Shown here: positions 38,634 to 49,232 of the stretch, one piece after another | Numbering within the stretch: position 1 is the first letter of the stretch | Layout: every line of letters begins with the position of its first letter | Source: Oligoflexales bacterium | Lineage (GTDB): Bacteria; Bdellovibrionota_B; Oligoflexia; Oligoflexales; RGVZ01 | Assembly (NCBI GenBank): GCA_044360315.1 | Contig: JBIKKO010000001.1 | Coordinates: 43,377 to 107,376 of the forward strand | DNA: 64,000 nucleotides | Reading direction: 5' to 3' | Notes under the pieces: generated by a model | What the model was told of the DNA's origin: nothing | Databases searched by the model: none | The model's input: the letters and a program-made list of their open reading frames with translations, nothing else | Translations under genes and position numbers: made by a program

Positions 38634-39440
38634 ATGCCTCATCAAACACAACGTCCACAACTTGGAACCCTCTGGATTGCAGCTACTTCTTTGGGCGATC
38701 CAAGAGATATCCCTTCAAGATCCCTAGATTTATTACGGAGCTGTCCATTTCTCGTTTTTGAAGAGGATAAACAAGCGCGGCAATTTTTAAAGGCAGCTGG
38801 GGTCCAACGGCAATGGATGCGTTACACGGAACAACGGGAGACGTTCACCCTAGAGGAGCTCGAAAAGGAGTTAAGAGCTGGCCATGATGCCGTTTATATG
38901 AGCGACCAAGGGACACCCGGCCTAGCGGATCCGGGCCGCGATCTTGTCGAAGTCGCCGTTCGGATCGGAGCGAAAGTTAGACCGGTACCTGGACCAAGCT
39001 CTTTGACAGCGGCAATCTCTGTCTGCCCCATCGACTGCAGACGATTTCAATTTGCAGGCTTCCCACCTCGCGATGAAAACGAGCGAGAAGCATTTTTAAA
39101 AAGCCATCTAAACCATCCATGGCCCACGGTCGTCTTTGATACGCCGTACCGTATGAAACAATTTTTTGAGACCCTCGATAAAGTGCTCCGTGGGAGTGGC
39201 CGTAAAGTGTTTGTCGGTGTTGATATTAGCAGTGAGAACGAGGACTACTGGTGGGACACAAGTGAGCTGATTTTAAAGCAGGTCATGGCCCAAACTGAAA
39301 AGCGAAACTATGTTGTGATCGTGGCAGGAAACGGGAAATCGCCAACACAACCTCCGCGGCAACAGAACAATTCACAACGCAAGCATCCATTTCAAACCAA
39401 GTCTAAACCCAACAAGGGACCGTCGTCTAGACATAGGTAA
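38634..39440 (+). CDS. rsmI: 16S rRNA (cytidine1402-2'-O)-methyltransferase-like (tetrapyrrole methylase fold) with a basic C-terminal tail
   Basis: GTLWIAATSLGDPRDIPSRSLDLLRSCPFLVFEED and MSDQGTPGLADPG match the RsmI N-terminal and SDAGTPxxSDPG motifs. Confidence 0.72.
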   Translation: MPHQTQRPQLGTLWIAATSLGDPRDIPSRSLDLLRSCPFLVFEEDKQARQFLKAAGVQRQWMRYTEQRETFTLEELEKELRAGHDAVYMSDQGTPGLADPGRDLVEVAVRIGAKVRPVPGPSSLTAAISVCPIDCRRFQFAGFPPRDENEREAFLKSHLNHPWPTVVFDTPYRMKQFFETLDKVLRGSGRKVFVGVDISSENEDYWWDTSELILKQVMAQTEKRNYVVIVAGNGKSPTQPPRQQNNSQRKHPFQTKSKPNKGPSSRHR

Positions 39441-39673
39441 ATCTCTCCCTTAGTGAGCTCACAGTAACAACAGTTTTGTCTGCTTATCACCCATTATTGC
39501 GTAGTCCCTCTCGCAAACCCGTCGTTCCCTATCTTTAACTTTGACACTACGCCTTACGGTACGGGGAGGCTCGCCATAACGTGCACGCCTTCGTAAAAGC
39601 CTTCTTTGATTTTTGAGGTCCTATTTATCGAACGCGACGAGCTGACGAGACAAAACCCATTCATGTGCTGTTA

Positions 39674-41062
39674 TCATTCAACGGGCGGCCAAATTTTTGG
39701 TGCCCAACCTTTTTCAACTGCGCGAATCGGGTCCACGCTGCCGCCGGGAGCTCCTTCCAAAGAAGCGAGAAATCCGAAGCAATACACCCGTCCTTTTGAT
39801 AGTGCGCAGAGGCCACCGTAGTCAGAGTTTATGACCCCGCGAGCCATTGTGGAAAAGAAGATGATATCTTCAACATCACTTAGCTCCTCAGGATAGCTTG
39901 GCGCATCTACGGATTGTGACTCCACCCACCGCGCATGCTCGGAAAACAAGCGCCGGTGATTACTCCAACACGTGACGCGACGATCTATGGTGATACCGCA
40001 ATGATGATATTGCGTCGTTATAATCTTGGTCATGGGCGGCAGTCCAACAGGGAAGCGCCAGGGTTCTTCGCCGGGAATCGCGTGAGCCTGGATGACAGTT
40101 GATCGGCCATCAGCAGGGCGTAGTCCAAATGACCAACAGATAGGAATTTTGCCGGGCTTCATCGCACAAAAATTATCAAAAGAAGACGCTCGTCCAACTA
40201 GATTTGCGTTTGATAACGATACGACCCCGCTACTTAAATCAGATTGCAGTTGCCTCGTCTTGCTCGATGCACTCCATTCTTCCCCAAACGCAACCTCTAC
40301 AATCGGATCGTGAGGACCAGACCACAGCGTACTGGGTAATTGATGCCGATAACAACGAACTCGACCGGACGTTAACGTGCAGTAGTGTCGACCACCTACC
40401 GATATCTGATCAAATGGCTCAGACGGCAGCGTTCGCGATACCCGATACAATTCATCCCATGAGATCAGGCAAGAGTCACTTGTCCGAAACTGTGGTACAC
40501 AGGTCTTAGCAGCTTCTACCTGAAGACTACGAAGATAAAAACAGACTTTTCCTCTTGGTCCTACAAGACATTGGTTGTTAGGGTCAATGTCAGACAAACC
40601 AATTTTCGCATTAAGTACGACTTTCTTGTCAACTAACTGAACATGGAGAAGGTGAAAAATTAAATTACCATCAGTGGTTAAAGCCATTTGCCCATCATAT
40701 GAGGTGCGCAGATAAGCGATTTTTTTTTGATCTGCTAGGCTCTGGAGAATCGTCGGCAGTTTAAAACGATAGTGCGATTCATTTAAGTTTCCAGGCTCCC
40801 CTGTAAAACCAGTATCATCACCGTTCGGATTACCGAAGCACTCCACCTTGCCAGATAGGCGCTGAACGCAGTAGTTAGTTCCATTATTTGCGTGGAGCTT
40901 CACAACCGGATCTAGAGGAATTGACAATGGGACCCTTGGATTTACCGGGAAACCGGGATGTTCAATCGGTATTTCCCGATCTTTGGATAGTCCCCGCTGA
41001 GCAACTCCTAGACCGACAACCAGCATCAGAAGGGCCACAGTCTTTTGGCGTATTTGACTCAT
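39674..41062 (-). CDS. secreted protein with degenerate, Cys-containing RCC1-like beta-propeller repeats
   Basis: Internal ATG at 41062 gives a signal peptide (MSQIRQKTVALLMLVVGLGVAQ). Recurring blade-like motifs: GKVECFGNPNG, GRVRCYRHQL, KIPICWSFG, RRVTCWSNH, GRVYCFGF. Confidence 0.5.
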   Translation of the reverse strand: MSQIRQKTVALLMLVVGLGVAQRGLSKDREIPIEHPGFPVNPRVPLSIPLDPVVKLHANNGTNYCVQRLSGKVECFGNPNGDDTGFTGEPGNLNESHYRFKLPTILQSLADQKKIAYLRTSYDGQMALTTDGNLIFHLLHVQLVDKKVVLNAKIGLSDIDPNNQCLVGPRGKVCFYLRSLQVEAAKTCVPQFRTSDSCLISWDELYRVSRTLPSEPFDQISVGGRHYCTLTSGRVRCYRHQLPSTLWSGPHDPIVEVAFGEEWSASSKTRQLQSDLSSGVVSLSNANLVGRASSFDNFCAMKPGKIPICWSFGLRPADGRSTVIQAHAIPGEEPWRFPVGLPPMTKIITTQYHHCGITIDRRVTCWSNHRRLFSEHARWVESQSVDAPSYPEELSDVEDIIFFSTMARGVINSDYGGLCALSKGRVYCFGFLASLEGAPGGSVDPIRAVEKGWAPKIWPPVE

Positions 41063-41348
41063 AAATATGATCCTTTCGGTGTTTGAGGATTGACGATTCG
41101 ATGGGAAGCGTCGTGTTCGTAGACTATCTGGTGTCCAAACTCGCCTCAATGTAAAGCATCGTAAATTCATGATGGCTAATGACGGGATTTGGCGTGATGG
41201 AGATCTAAAATCTCGGGCCATTCGAAATCTTCAAGGACCCAGTAATATCCCGTAAAAAGGAAATAAAAATATCCTATTCACACCATCGAAGGCAGGGAAA
41301 TTAAAGACTCTAATGCATGGACGTCTTTGCAAAAAATCGTCAATGAGG

Positions 41349-42458
41349 CTAGCGAACACCAGTAAACCAACTTGAATCGCGGTAGATGGGAAGAATCTCT
41401 TTGTAGAGGGCCTTAATGACAGCTGCACCCGGGATTGCCAAAATCACTCCCCAAAAACCAAACTGGGAACTTGCGGCAATCACCGTCAAAATGACCACTA
41501 ACGGATGAAGCCCCACCCGCTCTCCGATGAGCTTAGGCGTGATAAGAGCGCCGTCAAGAATCTGCACAGTGCCAATAACACCCGTTAGATAAAACACCTG
41601 CACCAATGGCAGCTGCTGCGTAAAGATATAAGTCACACCTAAAGTCATTCCTACAACAACATCGAGATAAGGGATGACCCGACAGACCCCGGACGCAATC
41701 CCAATCGCAACCCCAGCACTAAGTCCTATGGCAGAAAATCCAATCGAATAGAGACAAGACAAAGCAAGAGCTACTTTAAGATGCCCGCGAACAACGTTCA
41801 CAAGAGCAACGTCAATGATTGCTGCAAGCTTAATCCCATATGGCCTCAAATCTCTCGGTGTGATGCTTCTCAATGCCTGAACCAGGCGAGCCTTTTCAAT
41901 CAAAAAATAAAACGTCAAAATTGGAATCAACACAAGACTGACCAAGGACCCCATAAAGCCTGCCCCAAAGCCCAAAACCCTTTCAGCCGCCCCCTGAATA
42001 TTCGCAACAGCTTTATCGACAACATTAAATCCACGAAGCGCGCGACTAACGGCACCTCGGTCATTGATGCCATAGTCATCTAATTTACTACGAATAAATG
42101 TACCAGCATTCTGAGAGATATTCTCTAAAAGAGACGGGATCTGCTGGATAAGTCCCATCAATTGATCATAAAGGAAGGGAAATAACTTTATCAAAATCCA
42201 ACCAAGCCCACCGAGGATAAGACCCATCATGACTAGGGATGCAATGGTCCGATTGACTCGTCGACGCTCCAAAACGTTAACCAGGGGATTCAATAAGTAC
42301 GCAAGAAAACCTGATATAAAAATTGGAACGATGACCTTCTGATAAAACATGCTAGCAAGGTATAGCGTAGTCACGAGTAATAGAATAAAGATTGCGAAAC
42401 GCTTGATGGCTTGCCAATCATGCCGATGACCTGGGATTTCTTGCTTTTCAGCCATCAT
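41349..42458 (-). CDS. AI-2E family transporter (PerM-like permease)
   Basis: About 8 TM helices. The overall pattern (...LVSLVLIPILTFYFL..., ...GFWGVILAIPGAAVIKAL) is typical of the AI-2E/UPF0118 family. Confidence 0.75.
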   Translation of the reverse strand: MMAEKQEIPGHRHDWQAIKRFAIFILLLVTTLYLASMFYQKVIVPIFISGFLAYLLNPLVNVLERRRVNRTIASLVMMGLILGGLGWILIKLFPFLYDQLMGLIQQIPSLLENISQNAGTFIRSKLDDYGINDRGAVSRALRGFNVVDKAVANIQGAAERVLGFGAGFMGSLVSLVLIPILTFYFLIEKARLVQALRSITPRDLRPYGIKLAAIIDVALVNVVRGHLKVALALSCLYSIGFSAIGLSAGVAIGIASGVCRVIPYLDVVVGMTLGVTYIFTQQLPLVQVFYLTGVIGTVQILDGALITPKLIGERVGLHPLVVILTVIAASSQFGFWGVILAIPGAAVIKALYKEILPIYRDSSWFTGVR

Positions 42459-43390
42459 TCACCGCTGGAGAGAGAGGTGCTTGACCTTTCGGCGGAGATA
42501 ACTCTATCGTGGCCGGACAGATCTTTAGCTACTTTTATTTTCTCCCATCCGGCTGCAGCAAACAAATGGGCAACTTTTGCACTCTGAGAAAACCCCACCT
42601 CAAGGAAGATTTTTCCGCCCGGCCTAAGAATTCTATGATAGTTGGAGGCATAGTGCCGATAGAAGCCTAACCCCTCTGGATCGGTCGCAAACAGCGCTGT
42701 TCTTGGCTCATAGTCTAAAACGCTACGCCCCATCAACCCTGTCTCAGACGCGGCAATATACGGAGGATTTGAAACAATCAAATCAAACGAACTATCTTCA
42801 ATAGCATCAATGCAAAGAGCATCTTGACTCACAAAATTAATGTTATGAACTTCATTGTCGACAGCGTTCTTACGGGCCAAGTCTAAAGCATCATCATTCA
42901 CGTCCCAACCAACAACGGACGCTGAGGGCAACTCACTGCCGATTGATACTGCAATACATCCAGAACCGGTACCTACATCTAAAATCTTTGGACTAGATAA
43001 GGCCTGAACTGCGCGAGAGGCCAGCTCAACCAAAAGTTCAGTTTCAGGTCGCGGGATTAGAACATGACGATTGACCTGAAAACGATGCCGATAAAAGTCT
43101 CGATAGCCGAGGATATAAGCAACTGGCTCAAACTCATAGCGACGCTTCAAAAAAATCTTAAAACTATTGCGTTCTTCTTTTGTGAGTGGTCTATCAAGTT
43201 GAAGAAAGAGATTCACCCTGTCAAATCCCAAGGTTGCGGCCAAGAGAATCTCTACATCGAGCCTCGCCGTCAACTTTAACTCGGGGTCACGGTTGGTTAA
43301 ATACTCACAAGACCAGGCTAGAACACGCCGCACCGTCCACAGATCTGGATGGCTCTTTGCTTCAGACTCTTGATCATAATCACTGCTCAC
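42455..43390 (-). CDS. prmC: peptide chain release factor N(5)-glutamine methyltransferase
   Basis: LIPRPETELLVE, SAM motif ILDVGTGSGCIA and catalytic IVSNPPYI. It is translationally coupled to prfA. Confidence 0.88.
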   Translation of the reverse strand: MSSDYDQESEAKSHPDLWTVRRVLAWSCEYLTNRDPELKLTARLDVEILLAATLGFDRVNLFLQLDRPLTKEERNSFKIFLKRRYEFEPVAYILGYRDFYRHRFQVNRHVLIPRPETELLVELASRAVQALSSPKILDVGTGSGCIAVSIGSELPSASVVGWDVNDDALDLARKNAVDNEVHNINFVSQDALCIDAIEDSSFDLIVSNPPYIAASETGLMGRSVLDYEPRTALFATDPEGLGFYRHYASNYHRILRPGGKIFLEVGFSQSAKVAHLFAAAGWEKIKVAKDLSGHDRVISAERSSTSLSSGE

Positions 43391-44457
43391 AGTGCTTTCT
43401 CTAACTGCTCTTTGAGCAACTCGGCCTGATGATGGGTTCCTAACTTATCAAGAACGTCATCGAGATCACCATTGATAACTTCTGGTAAATTATACACGGT
43501 ATAATTTATGCGATGATCGGTCATCCGCCCTTGTGGAAAGTTGTAAGTTCGAATCCTCTCGCTTCGATCCCCGGATCCTACGAGACTCTTGCGCGTGGCT
43601 GAGATCGCTGCATCCTGCTCTGCCTGGGCTTTTTCAAGGATTCTTGCCTTCAAAATCTTTAGCGCACGTTCCTTGTTTTTAAGCTGGCTACGCTCATCTT
43701 GGCACTCGACAACTATTCCCGTAGGAATATGCACCATGCGAACCGCAGAGTCCGATGTGTTGACATGCTGGCCACCAGCTCCTGATGATCGACAAACGGT
43801 TATATCTAAATCTTGAGGTCTTATATTTACCTCAACTTCATCAGCCTCGGCCAAAACCGCTACCGTGCACGCTGACGTGTGAATCCTTCCTTGGGCTTCG
43901 GTTTCAGGAACCCTTTGTACACGATGCACACCACTTTCAAACTTCATACGACTATAAACACGGTCGCCTTCCACCATAACCACAACTTCTTTAATACCGC
44001 CCCGTTCTGCCGTCGTACTCGACAATATCTCAGTCCGCCAACCAACCTTCGAGGCATAACGCGTATACATACGAAGTAGATCACCAGCAAACAATGCCGC
44101 TTCCTCACCACCCGTTCCCGCGCGGATTTCAAGCATTACATTTTTTTGATCATTTGGATCTTTTGGCAGCATCAGGATTGTGAGTTGACGTTCTGCTGCT
44201 TCTAGCTTACCGGATACGTCGTCAAGCTCATCCTTGGCCATTGCGCGCACATCGGAGTCACTATCATTAAGCATAAGCTTAGCGTCATCACGAGCCTTCA
44301 AAAGATGCTTATAGGCACGAAACGCCACAACGATATCCTCAATCATGGCGCGCTCTTTCGATAAACGCGTCAACTCTCGAGAATCCAATCCATCCTGCGA
44401 CAACGCCGCCTCGATCTCATCGAAGCGGCGCTCAACTGTTTCCAATCTCGTAAACAT
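43387..44457 (-). CDS. prfA: peptide chain release factor 1
   Basis: [18 protein letters not shown] (GGQ motif) and a PxT-type recognition region; 356 aa. Confidence 0.95.
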   Translation of the reverse strand: MFTRLETVERRFDEIEAALSQDGLDSRELTRLSKERAMIEDIVVAFRAYKHLLKARDDAKLMLNDSDSDVRAMAKDELDDVSGKLEAAERQLTILMLPKDPNDQKNVMLEIRAGTGGEEAALFAGDLLRMYTRYASKVGWRTEILSSTTAERGGIKEVVVMVEGDRVYSRMKFESGVHRVQRVPETEAQGRIHTSACTVAVLAEADEVEVNIRPQDLDITVCRSSGAGGQHVNTSDSAVRMVHIPTGIVVECQDERSQLKNKERALKILKARILEKAQAEQDAAISATRKSLVGSGDRSERIRTYNFPQGRMTDHRINYTVYNLPEVINGDLDDVLDKLGTHHQAELLKEQLEKAL

Positions 44458-44478
44458 CAGACTCTACTTATATCCAAT

Positions 44479-45975
44479 TCAGCCGTTCATAGATGCAATA
44501 AACTCTGCATTCGTCTTTGTCTTTTCCATTTTTTCCAACAAAAACTCCATCGCATCGACAGTGCTACGCGGTGCCAACAACTTCCGAAGAATCCACATAC
44601 GATTCAGGATATCACGAGGTAGCAACAAATCCTCTTTCCTCGTTCCAGACTTGTTGATGTCGATCGCAGGGAATACTCGCTTCTCGGCCAGTTTCCGATC
44701 TAAATTCAACTCCATGTTGCCAGTACCCTTGAATTCCTCGAAAATCACTTCGTCCATTCGAGAGCCTGTTTCAATTAGCGCCGTCGCAATGATGGTCAAT
44801 GAGCCACCATTTTCAATGTTTCGAGCGGCTCCAAAAAAGCGCTTGGGCTTATCAAGAGCGTTAGAATCCACACCACCGGAAAGAATCTTACCCGAGGGAG
44901 GAACAACCGAGTTATAGGCACGTGCTAAACGAGTGATTGAGTCCAGAAGAATAACCACATCGTTTCCGTGTTCAACAAGACGCTTCGCCTTTTCAATTAC
45001 CATCTCAGCAACCTGGACGTGACGTTGCGCAGGCTCATCAAACGTCGAACTGATGACCTCGCCTCTCACACTACGCTGCATATCGGTGACCTCTTCCGGG
45101 CGCTCATCGATCAGCAACACAATCAAAATCACTTCAGGGTGGTTTTTCGCAATCGCAGCTGCGATGTTTTGAAGGAGAACGGTCTTACCAGTCCGTGGCG
45201 GCGCCACAATGAGAGATCGCTGGCCTTTACCGATTGGCGCTAAAAGATCGATGATACGAGTGGCAAGATTCTGCGGCTCGTACTCCATCTTGAATTTCTC
45301 CATCGGATAGAGTGGCGTTAAGTTATCAAAGATAATCTTCTCAGCACTTTGGTCCGGAGATGTCCCATTAACTTTTTCAACCTTCAATAGCGCAAAATAG
45401 CGCTCTCCGTCCTTCGGTGGACGAATTTGACCCGAGACCGTGTCACCGGTTCGAAGATTAAACCTACGAATTTGACTCGGCGACACGTAAATATCGTCTG
45501 GACCCCAAAGGTAGTTATAATCAGGGGCGCGGAGGAAACCAAATCCATCAGGAAGCGTCTCCAAAACGCCCTCACCATAGACGACACCGCCTCGTTCCGA
45601 GAGGTTTTTAAGAATCGCAAACATGAGTTCATTCTTGCGCAAGTTGCTTGCGCCCTCGATCTCTAACTCACGAGCAATCTTGTTGAGGTCGTTGATGTGT
45701 CGATCTTTAAGCTGCTTAAGATTGATCTCACCTGCGATGGCATCCGCCAATGTTTTAGGCAGAGGTTTGGCTACGCCACCTGGAGCAACGGGTGCTGCCG
45801 CCTTGTCAACTGGCAATGTTTTTGCTTGACCCGCGACGACCGCCGGCTCTGGTTCAGCCACGGCTACTGCAGTCGCGGGCGGATCCTTGTGCATCTGGTG
45901 ATGGGGGCGGGCTGGTCTCGACGGTCGCTTTTTAGGAGCTGAATCGTCGCCGTTGTTGCCTTGCGTCATGGGCAA
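44479..45975 (-). CDS. rho: transcription termination factor Rho with a ~80-aa Pro/Ala-rich N-terminal extension
   Basis: Walker [19 protein letters not shown], and [39 protein letters not shown]. The canonical N-terminus ([23 protein letters not shown]) begins only around aa 85. Confidence 0.95.
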   Translation of the reverse strand: MPMTQGNNGDDSAPKKRPSRPARPHHQMHKDPPATAVAVAEPEPAVVAGQAKTLPVDKAAAPVAPGGVAKPLPKTLADAIAGEINLKQLKDRHINDLNKIARELEIEGASNLRKNELMFAILKNLSERGGVVYGEGVLETLPDGFGFLRAPDYNYLWGPDDIYVSPSQIRRFNLRTGDTVSGQIRPPKDGERYFALLKVEKVNGTSPDQSAEKIIFDNLTPLYPMEKFKMEYEPQNLATRIIDLLAPIGKGQRSLIVAPPRTGKTVLLQNIAAAIAKNHPEVILIVLLIDERPEEVTDMQRSVRGEVISSTFDEPAQRHVQVAEMVIEKAKRLVEHGNDVVILLDSITRLARAYNSVVPPSGKILSGGVDSNALDKPKRFFGAARNIENGGSLTIIATALIETGSRMDEVIFEEFKGTGNMELNLDRKLAEKRVFPAIDINKSGTRKEDLLLPRDILNRMWILRKLLAPRSTVDAMEFLLEKMEKTKTNAEFIASMNG

Positions 45976-46378
45976 TCTTCCTCTTAATGAATGTTTTTAT
46001 AGGTGTTGATGTTTTGAATCTATGGAATGACTTGGAGGAATCTTGAAGATATTATGTTTTGTTGGGAATCGATCTCAATTTTTTGAGCGGTGCAACAGTA
46101 TATAAATTTCTTTTTAAATTTGTGCAAGAGAGAAATTTGGTTAGCTCCGCAACCACTCCGGCACTATGCATTTGGCAAAAGATTCAGGGACCTAGCTCGT
46201 TTAGGCCCCCAAAAAAACTGTAGTGGAAGCTCTAAATTTAGAGGCTCTTACAACTGAAACGTGGGTACGATTCTTTTAATAACGGTAGAAAGTCTTTGGG
46301 AAGTTTGACCTCCCCGCAAAGGGCGTAGCCTTAATCTTAAGACCATGGCATGATGAAAAGCGCAGTCACCTTGGGGAG

Positions 46379-46804
46379 TTGAAGAAGGCTATGACCTATT
46401 TACGAGTTCGTTTCATTGGATTCATCTTGTGCCTCGCCTGGCTCAAGCCACCATCGGCTTTAGCAGATTCTGAAATGGAAGAAAAATTTCAAGATATGTT
46501 TATAACCGCTGGCTACTCCGCCGCTGCCGGAGCCGCAATCGGTGCGGCCATTTTAGTCTTCCATGACGATCCTAAAAGAAATTTACACTATATCTCCATG
46601 GGGGCCTCGGTTGGCTTTCTGGCAGGCACCGCCGTCGGTGGTTGGATGGCGTTTTCTCCAGCATTTACGGAAAACTCAGCGCCTCGACCGTCACTCTATG
46701 TTGAGCAGACAAGGCAAGAGCGCATTGTTTTACGCCCCTGGATTAATATCGATCGTTTAAACATTCAGGGGTTTGAGGCTGCTGCGGTCTTGGCCCGATT
46801 TTGA
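46379..46804 (+). CDS. hypothetical glycine-zipper membrane/lipoprotein-like protein
   Basis: Signal-like N-terminus. Gly/Ala-zipper stretches AGYSAAAGAAIGAAIL and GASVGFLAGTAVGGW. Confidence 0.4.
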   Translation: MKKAMTYLRVRFIGFILCLAWLKPPSALADSEMEEKFQDMFITAGYSAAAGAAIGAAILVFHDDPKRNLHYISMGASVGFLAGTAVGGWMAFSPAFTENSAPRPSLYVEQTRQERIVLRPWINIDRLNIQGFEAAAVLARF

Positions 46805-46834
46805 CCTACAAAGGCACGCGGACGATCCTTCATC

Positions 46835-47710
46835 ATGGCAGGACAACTACTCATTATCGGTGCAGGCTACCTTGGGCAACGGATCGCACACTTTGCGACG
46901 CAGCAGGGCGCTACTGTATGGACTGCAAGAAGAAGCTCGGTTACCGAAGATGTAAACCAGAGAATTATCCCCATAAAAATGGATGTCAACGTCAGTTCTT
47001 CGGTACGGGAGCGACTCAGTGAACTAGCGAATAAAGCCGACCTTGACGCTGTGGTTTACTGCGTCTCAGCCGGATCAGGCACGGAAAGTGCTTATCAGCT
47101 CGCTTATGACGTAGGTGTTCGTAACGTCATTGAACACTTACCTCAAAGCACACCTCTTATTTTTGTTTCAAGCACCGGGGTCTATCACCAAAACGATGGC
47201 AAATCTGTAGACGAAAACTCGCTAACTGATGCCGCTCGTCTATCAAGCACTCAACGTTTCTTACTATCCGGAGAGTCCTCGGTGATGGCTCGTCCAAACT
47301 CCTGGATCGCGAGATTTTCGGGTATTTACGGACCAGGCCGAACGCGACTCATCGCGATGGCTAGGGCTTTACAAGACCCATTTATTGTTCGCGAGCGTGC
47401 CTACACAAATCGTATTCATGTAGACGATGGTGCACGGGCCGTACTTTATTTACTGAGCCAGAAACCTGAGGACAAGGTTTTTTGTATCACAGACAGCAAC
47501 CCCGCCTTGCAACACGAAGTCATGACCTGGCTTCGGCTTGTGCTTGGTCTCCCAGAAATCACCCCGAGATTTCAATCCGACACCGGGTTTCATGAAGGAC
47601 CTGAATTTTTGCCTGCTTCAAACAAACAAATTAGCAATCAACGGTTGACGAGTCTTGGCTTCAAATTCTGCTATCCATCCTACCAAGACGGATACGCAGT
47701 ACTTATTTAG
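46835..47710 (+). CDS. NAD(P)-binding Rossmann protein (SDR/NAD-dependent epimerase-dehydratase family)
   Basis: LLIIGAGYLGQRIA glycine-rich loop at the N-terminus; extended-SDR length and pattern. Confidence 0.7.
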   Translation: MAGQLLIIGAGYLGQRIAHFATQQGATVWTARRSSVTEDVNQRIIPIKMDVNVSSSVRERLSELANKADLDAVVYCVSAGSGTESAYQLAYDVGVRNVIEHLPQSTPLIFVSSTGVYHQNDGKSVDENSLTDAARLSSTQRFLLSGESSVMARPNSWIARFSGIYGPGRTRLIAMARALQDPFIVRERAYTNRIHVDDGARAVLYLLSQKPEDKVFCITDSNPALQHEVMTWLRLVLGLPEITPRFQSDTGFHEGPEFLPASNKQISNQRLTSLGFKFCYPSYQDGYAVLI

Positions 47711-47963
47711 TTAAAAACGAGGAAACGCCTCGCTCTGCCAATACGAACGTGGCTTTCAGCAACCACTTTTTGATACCCTTTATAAGCTCAAGACGCTTGC
47801 ACACGTTGATGGACGGGTTCAGCCAGGCCAAGATTCGCTAACATAATAAAATTACTGATTTTATTTTTTTCGAATCAAGCACAACCAAGACTATACCGAC
47901 TCGACCCCCAAAGCCGCTGCCTGACGGTAGCTTTAAAGTTTAACTTTTTTTGGAGGATCCCCT

Positions 47964-48458
47964 ATGACGCGCTACCCAACGAAAATGAAGACGATATGTA
48001 CGGCGATTTTGTTAGTTTCTGGAACAGCCACAATGGCCTTAGACCTTGACCTTGAGCTCAGAGTCACCGGTACAATCTCTGGCTCGCCACAGTGGCGTGA
48101 TCAAAGTGATCAAGTTATTAACTTCACCGAGCTTAGTTTTGCCTCAGGTTTACCCAAAGAACCGGATACCCACCGCGATTCAGCCGCGAACACGGTGAAG
48201 CTCGTGAACATGCGGACTGGTTACGCCAGTGTTGAAGTTACCGTTCCTAGCGGTTGCAAAATCGGCGAAACCAATGTCGACGGCCAACACGTCAAAGTAC
48301 TTGTTGCAGGAGCACCGAAGTCCAACTCCGAAATCATCTCCTTTAGTGAAGGAGTCCAATATCCCGTTGCGCTACGATTTGATGCCGCGGGTCGCTACGG
48401 AGACAAGATTGGTGACGTCCGTTGTACTCCCGGAAAACTTCGTTACAACTACATGTGA
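47964..48458 (+). CDS. secreted pilin-like protein, paralog 1 (family shared with 52013-52516 and the C-terminal half of 49233-50063)
   Basis: GGAGG 8 nt upstream. After the signal peptide comes an alternating strand LDLDLELRVTGTI. Conserved motifs P.W, GC.IG and RC..G.LRY.Y (PSGCKIGETNVDG...VRCTPGKLRYNYM). Confidence 0.5.
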   Translation: MTRYPTKMKTICTAILLVSGTATMALDLDLELRVTGTISGSPQWRDQSDQVINFTELSFASGLPKEPDTHRDSAANTVKLVNMRTGYASVEVTVPSGCKIGETNVDGQHVKVLVAGAPKSNSEIISFSEGVQYPVALRFDAAGRYGDKIGDVRCTPGKLRYNYM

Positions 48459-49219
48459 CAGTTCGATAGTTTCTGCAAAGACTTTGTCGACAACCACTGT
48501 ATGATCACTTCAAAGCAGGCATTGCTTGTGTCTTTAGGCGGGGCATAGCCTGCTTCTAGCGTCACGGTCTTGCGATATGGATCAATAATTTTATCACTCG
48601 CCAACCGAACAAAGCGCATCATCTTTTTGCTATCTTTGTCCATAATCTTTGCGGAAATTGACGCCACAGCAGGCATAGTCATGGTCTGCAAATCCAAATC
48701 AAAAACCGCAATTTTTTCTGTATCTGTCACGCGGGTTGAGAACTTTGGTGTAGCAATACTTACGGGATCTGCATTCAAGATATACAAGATCCCAGGCTGA
48801 TAACTAAAATCAAAGGCCACACTGTTGGATCTCGAGTCTCCCGCTACAATCGGCGAAAATACAGGCTTAAATAGCGCATAACGTTTGGCGGCCTGTATCA
48901 TCTGCACATAAGCTTCAACGCTTCCAGAACTTTGGATCTCAAATTTTTTCGGGTTTATCTCATTGGAAATCTTCAGATTGAAGTACCGTGTGCACTCGTC
49001 ACTCTTAATAGCTACGCCATCAACTTCGCACTCATAAGCCACGTCCATCGTCATTGGGTTCTTTAACTGGTTATGCACATTGAATGAAGCCGTCTTTTCC
49101 TGCTTCATTAAATACTGCGACATTGGCATAATCACAGCCGAGCCTTGGGCTACTGCCCGTGTTTCAAAGCCTAGAAGGATATAATACATTAAAAGACTAA
49201 GACTGCCCGATAAGCGCAT
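48449..49219 (-). CDS. periplasmic chaperone-like protein (two beta-sandwich-sized halves)
   Basis: GAGGAG RBS and signal peptide. Its size is similar to PapD-like chaperones. The N-terminal pattern AVIMPMSQYLMKQEKTASFNVHNQLKNPMTMDV resembles the first chaperone strand region. Last gene of the operon. The assignment is inferential. Confidence 0.35.
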   Translation of the reverse strand: MRLSGSLSLLMYYILLGFETRAVAQGSAVIMPMSQYLMKQEKTASFNVHNQLKNPMTMDVAYECEVDGVAIKSDECTRYFNLKISNEINPKKFEIQSSGSVEAYVQMIQAAKRYALFKPVFSPIVAGDSRSNSVAFDFSYQPGILYILNADPVSIATPKFSTRVTDTEKIAVFDLDLQTMTMPAVASISAKIMDKDSKKMMRFVRLASDKIIDPYRKTVTLEAGYAPPKDTSNACFEVIIQWLSTKSLQKLSNCHM

Positions 49220-49232
49220 TGCGACATCTCCT

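Noticed and set aside
39441-39470. 10-bp perfect palindrome GTGAGCTCAC just after the rsmI stop, considered as a terminator.
   Set aside because: No loop and no downstream T-tract. It contains a SacI-type site and is most simply a chance palindrome. More generally, I found no convincing intrinsic terminators anywhere in the window by eye.
44345-44917. 190-aa plus-strand ORF crossing the prfA/rho junction, and similar ORFs at 44968-45243, 45427-45942, 43589-44079.
   Set aside because: Antisense to two of the most conserved genes in the window, with Ser/Arg/Phe-rich, low-complexity translations.
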